Origin: Eutreptiella sp. 'Long Island Sound 2002'
Lineage: Eukaryota; Protista; Euglenida
DNA length: 64,000 bases
Assembly: GCA_964036045.1 (NCBI GenBank)
Contig: OZ038378.1
Span: 20,212,001-20,276,000, forward strand
Reading direction: 5' to 3'
A program made the position numbers and the translations under genes. The notes under the pieces were generated by a model. The model saw only the letters and a list, made by a program, of their open reading frames with translations, ran no database searches and was not told the origin of the DNA. Position 1 is the stretch's first letter, and each line of letters begins with the position of its first letter. Below, one piece after another: positions 1 through 12,500 of this stretch.

Positions 1-3000
1 GCAACGGCGCCAACGCCGGCCGCTAGGCTCCGTTTTTGTGGGCCAAGCCCCACAAAAACGTAGCCTAGCGGGTGCTGCTTCGTGCCTCTTGCACAACATG
101 GTTGCACCATTGGCAAAAAAGGCTTGCCAGATGGGCAGCAAGTATACATGCCAAATATGGCGAAAAAAATGGCAAAAAACTGCCAAAAAACGCACAAAAT
201 TGACCGTAAATCATCGAAACAGCACCCGATTTGGCCAATTAGGTTGCTTTTCTGGCGTTTTGGCCCGAGCCGGTCATTTTAAGGGGCTACAACATGATGT
301 AACTTCGCAAGCAAGAGCCAATACAGAATTCAGCCCCGAATTTTCGGGGACTGCCCGAAAAACTGCTTAAAACGGTCCTAATTCACCAAAATGACCATCG
401 TCGGCCAAAAAAAAGAAAAGTCGCGTTCTTAGAATTCGATTGCGATCATTTTAAGGGGCTGCATTGCAGGGTTTTGAGGAGGGCTGTCTTCCAGGGGGGG
501 GGGGTGGCGTAACGTGGTAGTTGGTCACTGCTTCTGGCGCGGGGTCAGGGGCCCCCAACACCCCGACCCCCACAGAAGCCAGCCCCCTGCGGGGGGGATT
601 TGAACAAGCGGGGGGAAGTTGCACGAGGTGGGGTCGCACGGGTGCTCAGATGAGAACGGGGAGGACAAGGAGCACAAAGGCAAAAAGACCATTCAAAGGC
701 GGAGAACGAGAAAACCATGAAAACACGGGGGCAACGGCGCCAGCGCCGGCCGCTAGGCTCCGTTTTTGTGGGCCAAGCCCCACAAAAACGTAGCCTAGCG
801 GATGCTGCTTCGTGCCTCTTGCACAATATGGTTGCACCATTGGCAAAAAAGGCTTGCCAGAGGGGCAGCAAGTATACATGCCAAATATGGCGAAAAAAAT
901 GGCAGAAAACTGCCAAAAAACGCGTAAAATTGACCGTAAATCAACAAAACCGCACCAGATTTGGCCAATGAGGTTGCTTTTCTGACGTTTTGGCCCGAGC
1001 CGGTCATTTTAAGGGGCTACGACATTATGTAACTTCGCAAGCAAAAGCCAATACGGAATTCAGCCATAAATTTTCGGAGACTGCCCGAAAAACTGCTTAA
1101 AACGATCCAAATTCACCAAAACGACCATCGTCCGCCAAAAAGAAGAAAAGTCGCGTTCTTAGAATTCGGTTGCGATCATTTTAAGGGGCTGCATTGCAGG
1201 GTTTTGAGAAGGGCTGTCTTCCAGGGGGGGGGGGTGGCGTAACGTAGTAGTTGGTCACTGCTTCTGGCGCGGGGTCAGGGGCCCCCAACACCCCGACCCC
1301 CACAGAAGCCAGCCCCCTGCGGGGGGGATTTGAACAAGCGGGGGAAAGATGCACGAGGTGGGGTCGCACGGATGCTCAGATGAGAACGGGGAGGACAAGG
1401 AGCACAAAGGCAAAAAGACCATTCAAAGGCGGAGAAGGAGAAAACCATGAAAACACGGGAGCAACGGCGCCAGCGCCGGCCGCTAGGCTCCGTTTTTGTG
1501 GGCCAAGCCCCACAAAAACGTAGCCTAGCGGGTGCTGCCTCTTGCCTCTTGCACAATATGGTTGCCCCGTTGGCAGAAAAGGTTTGCCAGATGGGCAGCA
1601 AGTATACATGCCAAATATGGCGAAAAAAGTGGCAGAAAACTGCCTAAAAAAGCACAAAATTCACCGTAAATCATCAAAAGGGCACCTGACTTGGCCAATT
1701 AGGTTGCTTTTCTGACGTTTTGGCCCGAGCCGGTCATTTTAAGGGGCTACAACATGATGTAACTTCGCAAGCAAGAGCCAATACGGTATTCAGCCCCAAA
1801 TTTTCGGAGATTGCCCGAAAAGCTGCTTAAAACGGTCCTAATTCACCAAAACGAGCATCATCGGCCAAAGAGAAGAAAAGTCGCATTCTTCAAATTCCAT
1901 TGCGATCATTTTAAGGGGCTGCATTGCAGGGTTTTGAGAAGGGCTGTCTTCCAGGGGGGGGGGGTGGCGTAACGTAGTAGTTGGTCACTGCTTCTGGCGC
2001 GGGGTCAGGGGCCCCCAACACCCCGACCCCCACAGAAGCCAGCCCCCTGCGGGGGGGATTTGAACAAGCGGGGGGAAATTGCACGAGGTGGGGTCGCACG
2101 GGTGCTCAGATGAGAACGGGGAGGACAAGGAGCACAAAGGCAAAAAGACCATTCAAAGGCGGAGAAGGAGAAAACCATGAAAACACGGGAGCAACGGCGC
2201 CAGCGCCGGCCGCTAGGCTCCGTTTTTGTGGGCCAAGCCCCACAAAAACGAAGCCTAGCGGGTGCTGCTTCGTGCCTCTTGCACAATATGGTTGCACCAT
2301 TGGCAAAAAAGGCTTGCTAGATGGGCAGCAAGTATACATGCCAAATATGGCGGAAAAAATGGCAGAAAACTGCCAAAAAACGCACAAAATTGACGGTAAA
2401 TCATCAAAAAGGCACCTGATTTGGCCAATTAGGTTGCTTTTCTGACGTTTTGGCCCGAGCCGGTCATTTTAAGGCGCTACAACATGATGTAACTTCGCAA
2501 GCAAAAGCCAATACGGAATTCAGCCCCAAATTTTCGGAGACTGCCCGAAAAACTGCTTAAAACGACCCTAATTCACCAAAACGACCATCGTCGGCCAAAA
2601 AGAAGAAAAGTCGCGTTCTTAGAATTCCATTGCGATCATTTTAAGGGGCTGCATTGCAGGGTTTTGAGAAGGGCTGTCTTCCAGGGGGGGGGGGTGGCGT
2701 AACGTAGTAGTTGGTCACTGCTTCTGGCGCGGGGTCAGGGGCCCCCAACACCCCGACCCCCACAGAAGCCAGCCCCCTGCGGGGGGGATTTGAACAAGCG
2801 GGGGAAAGTTGCACGAGGTGGGGTCGCACGGGTGTTCAGATGAGAACGGGGAGGACAAGGAGCACAAAGGCAAAAAGACCATTCAAAGGCGGAGAAGGAG
2901 AAAACCATGAAAACACGGGAGCAACGGCGCCAGCGCCGGCCGCTAGGCTCCGTTTTTGTGGGCCAAGCCCCACAAAAACGTAGCCTAGCGGGTGCTGCCT

Positions 3001-6000
3001 CCTGCCTTTTGCACAATATGGTTGCCCTATTGGAAGAAAAGGCTTGCCAGATGGGCAGCAAGTATACATGCCAAATATGGCGAAAAAAATGGCAAAAAAC
3101 TGCCTAAAAACGCACAAAATTCACCGTAAATCATCAAAAAGGTACCTGACTTGGCCAATTAGGTTGCTTTTCTGACTTTTTGGCCCGAGCCGGTCATTTT
3201 AAGGGGCTACAACATGATGTAACTTCGCAAGCAAGAGCCAATTGGGAATTCAGCCCCAAATTTCCGGAGACTGCCCGAAAAACTGCTTCAAACGGTCCTA
3301 ATTCACCAAAACGACCATCGTCGGCCAAAAAGAAGAAAAGTCGCGTTCTTAGAATTCCATTGCGATCATTTTAAGCGGCTGCATTGCAGGGTTTTGAGAA
3401 GGGCTGTCTTCCAGGGGGGGGGGGGTGGCGTAACGTGGTAGTTGGTCACTGCTTCTGGCGCGGGGTCAGGGGCCCCCAACACCCCGACCCCCACAGAAGC
3501 CAGCCCCCTGCGGGGGGGAATTGAACAAGTGGGGGAAAGTTGCACGAGGTGGGGTTGCACGGGTGTTCAGATGAGAAAGGGGAGGACAAGGAACACAAAG
3601 GCAAAAGAACATTCAAAGGCGGAGAAGGAGAAAACCATGAAAACACGGGAGCAACGGCGCCAGCGCCGGCCGCTAGGCTCCGTTTTTGTGGGCCAAGCCC
3701 CACAAAAACGTAGCCTAGCGGGAGCTGCCTCCTGCCTTTTGCACAATATGGTTGCCCTACTGGCAGAAAAGGATTGCCAGATGGGCAGCAAGTATACATG
3801 CCAAATATGGCGAAAAAAATGGCAGAAAACTGCCAAAAAACGCGTAAAATTGACTGTAAATCATCAAAACGGCACCAGATGGGGCCAATGAGGTTGCTTT
3901 TCTGACGTTTTGGCCCGAGCTGGTCATTTTAAGGGGCTACAACATGATGTAACTTTGCAAGCAAGAGCCAATACGGTATTCAGCCCCAAATTTTCGGAGA
4001 CTGCCCGAAAAACTGCTTAAAACGGTCCTAATTCACCAAAACGACCATCGTCGGCCAAAAAAAAGAAAAGTTGCGTTCTTAGAATTCCATTGCGATCATT
4101 TTAAGGGGCTGCATTGCAGGGTTTTGAGGAGGGCTGTCTTCCAGGGGGGGGGGGTGGCGTAACGTAGTAGTTGGTCACTGCTTCTGGCGCGGGGTCAGGG
4201 GCCCCCAACACCCCGACCCCCACAGAAGCCAGCCCCCTGCGGGGGGGAATTGAACAAGCGGGGGGAAATTGCACGAGGTGGGGTCGCACGGGTGCTCAGA
4301 TGAGAACGGGGAGGACAAGGAGCACAAAGGCAAAAAGACCATTCAAAGGCGGAGAAGGAGAAAACCATGAAAACACGGGAGCAACGGCGCCAGCGCCGGC
4401 CGCTAGGCTCCGTTTTTGTGGGCCAAGCCCCACAAAAACGTAGCCTAGCGGTCGCTGCTTCGTGCCTCTTGCACAATATCGTTGCACCATTGGCAAAAAA
4501 GGCTTGCCAGATGGGCAGCAAGTAAACATGCCAAATATGGCGAAAAAAATGGCAAAAAACTGCCAAAAAACGCACAAAATTGACCGTAAATCATCAAAAC
4601 CGCACCAGATTTGGCCAATGAGGTTGCTTTTCTGACGTTTTGGCCCGAGCCGGTCATTTTAAGGGGCTACAACATGATGTAACTTCGCAAGCATAAGCCA
4701 ATAAAGAATTCAGCCCCAAATTTTCGGAGACTGCCCGAAAAGCTGCTTAAAACGGTCCTAATTCACCAAAACGACCATTATCGGCCAAATAGAGGAAAAG
4801 TCGCATTCTTAAAATTCCATTGCGATCATTTTAAGGGGCTGCATTGCAGGGTTTTGAGGAGGGCTGTCTTCCAGGGGGGGGGGGGTCGCGTAACGTAGTA
4901 GTTGGTCACTGCTTCTGGCGCGGGGTCAGGGGCCCCCAACACCCCGACCCCCACAGAAGCCAGCCCCCTGCGGGGGGGATTTGAACAAGTGGGGGAAAGT
5001 TGCACGAGGTGGGGTCGCACGGGTGTTCAGATGAGAAAGGGGAGGACAAGGAACACAAAGGCAAAAGAACATTCAAAGGCGGAGAAGGAGAAAACCATGA
5101 AAACACGGGAGCAACGGCGCCAGCGCCGGCCGCTAGGCTCCGTTTTTGTGGGCCAAGCCCCACAAAAACGTAGCCTAGCGGGAGCTGCCTCCTGCCTTTT
5201 GCACAATATGGTTGCCCTACTGGCAGAAAAGGATTGCCAGATGGGCAGCAAGTATACATGCCAAATATGGCGAAAAAAATGGCAGAAAACTGCCAAAAAA
5301 CGCGTAAAATTGACTGTAAATCATCAAAACGGCACCAGATGGGGCCAATGAGGTTGCTTTTCTGACGTTTTGGCCCGAGCTGGTCATTTTAAGGGGCTAC
5401 AACATGATGTAACTTTGCAAGCAAGAGCCAATACGGTATTCAGCCCCAAATTTTCGGAGACTGCCCGAAAAACTGCTTAAAACGGTCCTAATTCACCAAA
5501 ACGACCATCGTCGGCCAAAAAAAAGAAAAGTTGCGTTCTTAGAATTCCATTGCGATCATTTTAAGGGGCTGCATTGCAGGGTTTTGAGGAGGGCTGTCTT
5601 CCAGGGGGGGGGGGTGGCGTAACGTAGTAGTTGGTCACTGCTTCTGGCGCGGGGTCAGGGGCCCCCAACACCCCGACCCCCACAGAAGCCAGCCCCCTGC
5701 GGGGGGGAATTGAACAAGCGGGGGAAAGATGCACGAGGTGGGGTCGCACGGATGCTCAGATGAGAACGGGGAGGACAAGGAGCACAAAGGCAAAAAGACC
5801 ATTCAAAGGCGGAGAAGGAGAAAACCATGAAAACACGGGAGCAACGGCGCCAGCGCCGGCCGCTAGGCTCCGTTTTTGTGGGCCAAGCCCCACAAAAACG
5901 TAGCCTAGCGGGTGCTGCCTCTTGCCTCTTGCACAATATGGTTGCCCCGTTGGCAGAAAAGGTTTGCCAGATGGGCAGCAAGTATACATGCCAAATATGG

Positions 6001-9000
6001 CGAAAAAAGTGGCAGAAAACTGCCAAAAAACGCACAAAATTCACCGTAAATCATCAAAAGGGCACCTGACTTGGCCAATTAGGTTGCTTTTTTGACGTTT
6101 TGGCCCGAGCCGGTCATTTTAAGGGGCTACAACATGATGTAACTTCGCAAGCAAAAGCCAATATGGTATTCAGCCCCAAATTTTCGGAGACTGCCCGAAA
6201 AGCTGCTTAAAACAGTCCTAATTCACCAAAACGAGCATCATCGGCCAAAAAGAAGAAAAGTCGCATTCTTAGAATTCCATTGCGATCATTTTAAGGGGCT
6301 GCATTGCAGGGTTTTGAGAAGGGCTGTCTTCCAGGGGGGGGGGGTGGCGTAACGTAGTAGTTGGTCACTGCTTCTGGCGCGGGGTCAGGGGCCCCCAACA
6401 CCCCGACCCCCACAGAAGCCAGCCCCCTGCGGGGGGGATTTGAACAAGCGGGGGCAAATTGCACGAGGTGGGGTCGCACGGGTGCTCAGATGAGAACGGG
6501 GAGGACAAGGAGCACAAAGGCAAAAAGACCATTCAAAGGCGGAGAAGGAGAAAACCATGAAAACACGGGAGCAACGGCGCCAGCGCCGGCCGCTAGGCTC
6601 CGTTTTTGTGGGCCAAGCCCCACAAAAACGAAGCCTAGCGGGTGCTGCTTCGTGCCTCTTGCACAATATGGTTGCACCATTGGCAAAAAAGGCTTGCTAG
6701 ATGGGCAGCAAGTATACATGCCAAATATGGCGGAAAAAATGGCAGAAAACTGCCAAAAAACGCACAAAATTGACGGTAAATCATCAAAAAGGCACCTGAT
6801 TTGGCCAATTAGGTTGCTTTTCTGACGTTTTGGCCCGAGCCGGTCATTTTAAGGGGCTACAACATTATGTAACTTCGCAAGCAAAAGCCAATACGGAATT
6901 CAGCCCCAAATTTTCGGAGACTGCCCAAAAAACTGCTTAAAACGGTCCTAATTCACCAAAACGACCATCGTCGGCCAAAAAGAAGAGAAGTCACATTCTT
7001 AGAATTCGATTGCGATCATTTTAAGGGGCTGCATTGCAGGGTTTTGAGAAGGGCTGTCTTCCAGGGGGGGGGGGGGTGGCGTAACGTAGTAGTTGGTCAC
7101 TGCTTCTGGCGCGGGGTCAGGGGCCCCCAACACCCCGACCCCCACAGAAGCCAGCCCCCTGCGGGGGGGATTTGAACAAGCGGGGGGAAATTGCACGAGG
7201 TGGGGTCGCACGGGTGCTCAGATGAGAACGGGGAGGACAAGGAGCACAAAGGCAAAAAGACCATTCAAAGGCGGAGAAGGAGAAAACCATGAAAACACGG
7301 GAGCAACGGCGCCAGCGCCGGCCGCTAGGCTCCGTTTTTGTGGGCCAAGCCCCACAAAAACGTAGCCTAGCGGGTGCTGCTTCGTGCCTCTTGCACAATA
7401 TGGTTGCACCATTGGCAAAAAAGGCTTGCCAGATGGGCAGCAAGTAAACATGCCAAATATGGCGAAAAAAATGGCAGAAAACTGCCACAAAACGCACAAA
7501 ATTGACCGTAAATCATCGAAACGGCACCAGATTTGGCCAATGAGGTTGCTTATCTGGCGTTTTGGCCCGAGCCGGTCATTTTAAGGGGCTACAACATGAT
7601 GTAACTTCGCAAGTAAGAGGCAATACGGAATTCAGCCCCAAACTTTCGGAGACTGCCCGAAAAACTGCTTAAAACGGTCCTAATTCACCAAAACGACCAT
7701 CGTCGGCCAAAAAGAAGAAAAGTCGCGTTCTTAGAATTCGGTTGCGATCATTTTAAGGGGCTGCATTGCAGGGTTTTGAGAAGGGCTGTCTTCCAGGGGG
7801 GGGGGGTGGCGTAACGTAGTAGTTGGTCACTGCTTCTGGCGCGGGGTCAGGGGCCCCCAACACCCCGACCCCCACAGAAGCCAGCCCCCTGCGGGGGGGA
7901 TTTGAACAAGCGGGGGGAAGTTGCACGAGGTGGGGTCGCACGGGTGTTCAGATGAGAACGGGGAGGACCAGGAGCACAAAGGCAAAAAGACCATTCAAAG
8001 GCGGAGAACGAGAAAACCATGAAAACACGGGAGCAACGGCGCTAGCGCCGGCCGCTAGGCTCCGTTTTTGTGGGCCAAGCCCCACAAAAACGTAGCCTAG
8101 CGGATGCTGCTTCGTGCCTCTTGCACAATATGGTTGCCCCGTTGGCAGAAAAGGTTTGCCAGATGGGCAGCAAGTATACATGCCAAATATGGCGAAAAAA
8201 ATGCCAAAAAACTGCCTAAAAACGCCCAAAATTCACCGTAAATCATCAAAAAGGCACCAGATTTGGCCAATTAGGTTGCTTTTGTGACGTTTTGGCCCGA
8301 GCCGGTCATTTTAAGGGGCTACAACATGATGTAACTTCGCAAGCAAGAGCCAATACGGAATTCAGCCCCAAATTTTCGGAGACTGCCCGAAAAGCTGCTT
8401 AAAACGGTCCTAATTCACCAAAACGACCATCATCGGCCAAAGAGAAGAAAAGTCGCGTTCTTAGAATTCCGTTGCGATCATTTTAAGGGGCTGCATTGCA
8501 GGGTTTTGAGAAGGGCTGTCTTCCAGGTGGGGGGGGTGGCGTAACGTAGTAGTTGGTCACTGCTTCTGGCGCGGGGTCAGGGGCCCCCAACACCCCGACC
8601 CCCACAGAAGCCAGCCCCCTGCGGGGGGGATTTGAACAAGCGGGGGGAAATTGCCCGAGGTGGGGTCGCACGGGTGCTCAGATGAGAACGGGGAGGACAA
8701 GGAGCACAAAGGCAAAAAGACCATTCAAAGGCGGAGAAGGAGAAAACCATGAAAACACGGGAGCAACGGCGCCAGCGCCGGCCGCTAGGCTCCGTTTTTG
8801 TGGGCCAAGCCCCACAAAAACGTAGCCTAGCGGGTGCTGCTTCGTGCCTCTTGCACAATATGGTTGCACCATTGGCAAAAAAGGCTTGCCAGATGGGCAG
8901 CAAGTAAACATGCCAAATATGGTGAAAAAAATGGCAGAAAACTGCCACAAAACGCACAAAATTGACCGTAAATCATCGAAACGGCACCAGATTTGGCCAA

Positions 9001-9370
9001 TGAGGTTGCTTATCTGGCGTTTTGGCCCGAGCCGGTCATTTTAAGGGGCTACAACATGATGTAACTTCGCAAGTAAGAGGCAATACGGAATTCAGCCCCA
9101 AACTTTCGGAGACTGCCCGAAAAACTGCTTAAAACGGTCCTAATTCACCAAAACGACCATCGTCGGCCAAAAAAAAGAAAAGTCGCGTTCTTAGAATTCC
9201 ATTGCGATCATTTTAAGGGGCTGCATTGCAGGGTTTTGAGAAGGGCTGTCTTCCAGGGGGGGGGGGTCGCGTAACGTAGTAGTTGGTCACTGCTTCTGGC
9301 GCGGGGTCAGGGGCCCCCAACACCCCGACCCCCACAGAAGCCAGCCCCCTGCGGGGGGGATTTGAACAAG
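1..9370. repeat. Tandem array of a 730-bp unit (about 13 copies, open at the window start)
   Basis: TTAAG(G/C)GGCTGCATTGCAGG recurs at 451, 1181, 1911, 2641, 3371, 4101, 4831, 5561, 6291, 7021, 7753, 8483 and 9213. The array stops abruptly after GGGGATTTGAACAAG at 9370. Confidence 0.97.
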
Positions 9371-9580
9371 GTTCAGAAGCCATTACATGATTTCATCCAA
9401 CACGGCTGTCCTCCACAACAAGCATAATCAATAACGAATCAGTTTGCGAATGATCACACAGCGCACGGCAACACATAAGAGCACAATGCTTTGAAAGCTC
9501 AAAATATGCATACGCATTACATTCTTATAACAACACCAACAAATATCATCATGTGGGTGGCACAAAATTTTGACATCAAC

Positions 9581-9595
9581 AAAAATAGACACTCA
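9581..9595 (-). other. Degenerate euglenid spliced-leader (SL) relic
   Basis: The minus strand reads TGAGTGTCTATTTTT, a 15-nt match to the core of the euglenid SL (ACTTTCTGAGTGTCTATTTTTTTTCG). The flanks diverge. Confidence 0.55.
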
Positions 9596-10599
9596 TGACT
9601 GTATAGGCAGAGAGAGGAGGGGCTAAGTAGGGCGTGGAGAGGACAGGATAGCCACGGGCTACCCAGCTCCTTAGTGTGTGCATTACTTACACCCAAACAA
9701 TGATGTCTGTAGCCGTTGGCGTGGAAGCTTGATTTTGTTTAAACAAAGACTATTGTTTGGTTGTAGCAAATATCATGTCGCATTTGTAAATATCATGTCC
9801 TTTCATTGGTGTGACATAGTGCAGAGAGAATGCCATACAAATGCCGCAATTGCAAAATTGTTCCATTTTCGAGCTTTTGAAAAGCTTTGCCATTCATCTT
9901 TTCAAAAAGGTGCTGCATGGATGACACAAAAAATTCAAACAGCTAATTGTTGTCCAATTGAAAAGCCTTGTTTAAAAATTTGTCAAACGTTTTCAGCTAC
10001 CTCAAAAACCGCTGAGGGAAAAATCTCTGTACACAACTTCATTCTGTTGATCTATCGTCAAAAGAGACCTTAGAATACAAAACTTTGCCTACTTTCGATT
10101 CATCATGGCAGTCTAGTGTAATGTGCCGGATCATGTTTTGTTAATCCTGTGCGCGTGTTTCATCACACCCTCCCAACAAGTCAGTTGCACGGGGTGCACA
10201 AATAGGCTGAAAGCCCAAGCTTCCTTTATATGATCCTTTATGGTGGACTGAGTCAGTTTGCTGCTGCATCTCAGTGATTTCATTTGATTCTCAAAATTTC
10301 ACTTCTGCACAGAGGCTTCAAGTGACGCCAGGGACCTGTTATGTTTGCTGCAACACCTGTACAAAGACATGCGCTTGCTTTATTTTTTGCTGGTTGCTCA
10401 CTCTTTGCCATTTTTGGCCATTTGCTGGTCAGCCTGGGGACAGGTGCCTTTGTGAGGCTGGAATTCTTGGGGCCTTGATCTCGAACGCAATGGTTTTCAA
10501 AAATATCTGAATCATTCTTTTTTCAAAGGAAACACAATGGTTTTTAAAAAAATGTGAAACATTATTTTGTCAAAAAAAACGGTGTGAGTCTACTTTTTC

Positions 10600-10776
10600 T
10601 AAAAAAGCACTAGGATGGGGCACAATAGAAGCAAGTAAACCATTAGAAGCAAACCGAAAAAACATGAACAAGGAACAAAATTAACAAACGATGTTCGTTT
10701 ATTTTCATGATCCGTTGGTTCCTTCGTTAATTTTCCAAAAAAAATTAACAAGCAACGTTTGTTAATCCCAACCCTG
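10600..10776 (-). mobile_element. End of a non-autonomous DNA transposon (hAT-like CAGGG terminus)
   Basis: 10756-10776 is the perfect reverse complement of 12280-12300 (CAGGGTTGGGATTAACAAACG). Degenerate similarity continues for at least 90 bp. No TSD was found. Confidence 0.45.
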
Positions 10777-10980
10777 AACAAAACAACTCAAAAGTACAGG
10801 CTGAAATCACAGAGATACAAAAATTGATGGAAAATCAAACAAATAATTGGCAATTGATTGGTTATTTTGGGCAAAATAATCGGATTGAATCGGTTATTTT
10901 TAAAAAAAATCGGCAAAACCGATCATTTTTGGTAAAATAATCGTTTAAAACTGGTTTTTTTTAATGCAAGCCAATTCCGA

Positions 10981-12030
10981 ACCTTACCGAGGAGGATGAT
11001 GAAGAGATGACTCTTCCCGATCGTGAGGTACCTCTGGTATACTACCTTCACTATGCCCGGCAGGGTCGCCAAGATTGGGAGGATGAACTAACCCCCTGAA
11101 ACCATGGGGCGTATGAAGAAACAGGAAAAAGGGAAGAGCAACCTCCATGCTAAGGAGGATTTTGTTGAGAAACTGGAGAGCATGAACATAGACCCCCGTC
11201 ACAATAAGCTCATCCAGAAATATCAGGAGGTTTCTGGAGCGTAGCCCCCACCCCTGTCTTGCAAAAAACTGGTCCAGATGGACCTCAAACTCAAACCAGA
11301 GTTTGAAGGGTATGTGGTAAGACGGCGTCCATACCCCGCCCCACAAGACCTGATCGACGAGATCGAACGCCAGATCCAGGAATGTATAGATGCTGGCCTC
11401 GTCGCGGAATACAAACACGGGGACTACCCCCGCCATTGTCGCCCTTGTTTTCTAGTGGCCAAACCTGGCTCCACTGCCATGCGCTTGGTCGTTGACTACG
11501 GTGAGGTCAATAAAGAGACCCAGAACCACTCATGGAGTATCCCCAGCATGGAGAACACCATGGAGAGAATCGCTAAGTGCCGATTCAAACTAAGATGGAC
11601 AAGCGCAGTGGCTTCTGGCAGGTAGACCTAACCCGAGCAGCCCAAGAGCTACTCGCCTTTGTAACCCCCAAGGGCCGTGTCTTCCGCTGGAAGGTCATGC
11701 CCTTCGGTGTCGCGAATGCCCCTGCTCTCTTTCAGGAGCTGATGAATAAAATCCTATATATCCTCAGATGCAGACCCCTTGTACAGGAACTGATTTCCCG
11801 CGGGGCTGAGATGGAGGCTCACATCGATGACGTGAGCCTGGGTACTAATACCCAGGAGGATCATATCCACCTCCTACAAGAGTTTTTCACTGTCTGTCAG
11901 GAAAACCATCTCCGCATCAAACTCGAGAAATGTGAGTTCATGCGTGAAGAGATGGAGTATCTAGGTTTTGATGTTGGGTATGGCTGGTGGAAACCAGCCG
12001 CATCTAAGTTGCAACCCGTGCAAGACATGC
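10981..12030 (+). pseudogene. Degenerate Ty3/Gypsy-type pol fragment (reverse transcriptase)
   Basis: ORFs 11278-11625 and 11577-12080 join by a frameshift: RPYP..EIERQIQECIDAG, PCFLVAKPG..RLVVDYGEVN, KMDKRSGFWQV, MPFGVANAPALFQ, AHIDD, KCEF..EYLG. There are upstream stops, and no RNase H or integrase follows. Confidence 0.9.
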
Positions 12031-12279
12031 AGATAACAATGGCATCAATATCTAGCGAAGATGAGAAGTTTGTTTGCTAAAAGTAGCTAGAAAGTAATTC
12101 TTCAAAAATTTTAATGCATCATTGGTCCCACTTTCAGGCATTCTTTTTCTTAATTCGGTCGCTGATTGGGCTAGAAGTACAAATAAATCTGGGCATGTGG
12201 CATATGCGAAAACCAACAGCACCAAAAAAATTATCTTTGTAGAAAACTAATTCTACTCAAGATGGACTTGGCTCAAAAG

Positions 12280-12500
12280 CAGGGTTGGGATTAACAAACG
12301 CTAGTTGTTGTTGTATTTTTTGGAAATGTACAAATGTACGATGAAAATAAAAGAACAGTGTTTGTTTTTTTCTCTCTGGTGATATTGTTCTCACTTCCAC
12401 CCAGTGCGCTGATGGCACTTGTGCTCCGTTCTCATGGACCCAAAACTGACAGCATCTGTTTTTTGAAAAAATGCAAAAACCAAAATACCTAAACCAAAGT
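12280..12500 (+). mobile_element. Second copy of the hAT-like transposon end
   Basis: Begins CAGGGTTGGGATTAACAAACG and is an inverted homolog of 10600-10776. Confidence 0.45.

Noticed and set aside
490-660. tRNA or tRNA-derived SINE in the array unit
   Set aside because: The A-box-like TGGCGTAACGT(G/A)G is on the plus strand while the B-box-like GTTCAAATCC is on the minus strand. There is no T-stem or cloverleaf.
38-9044. Recurrent 60-150-aa ORFs in each 730-bp unit (e.g. MVTASGAG..., MKTREQRR...)
   Set aside because: Stops and frames shift between copies, all six frames give similar ORFs, and no domain is recognisable. They are by-products of the repeat.
1-9370. SL-RNA, 5S or snRNA gene array
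   Set aside because: No SL exon, 5S, U2 or U6 signature sequences were found in the unit by eye. A covariance search is still advisable.
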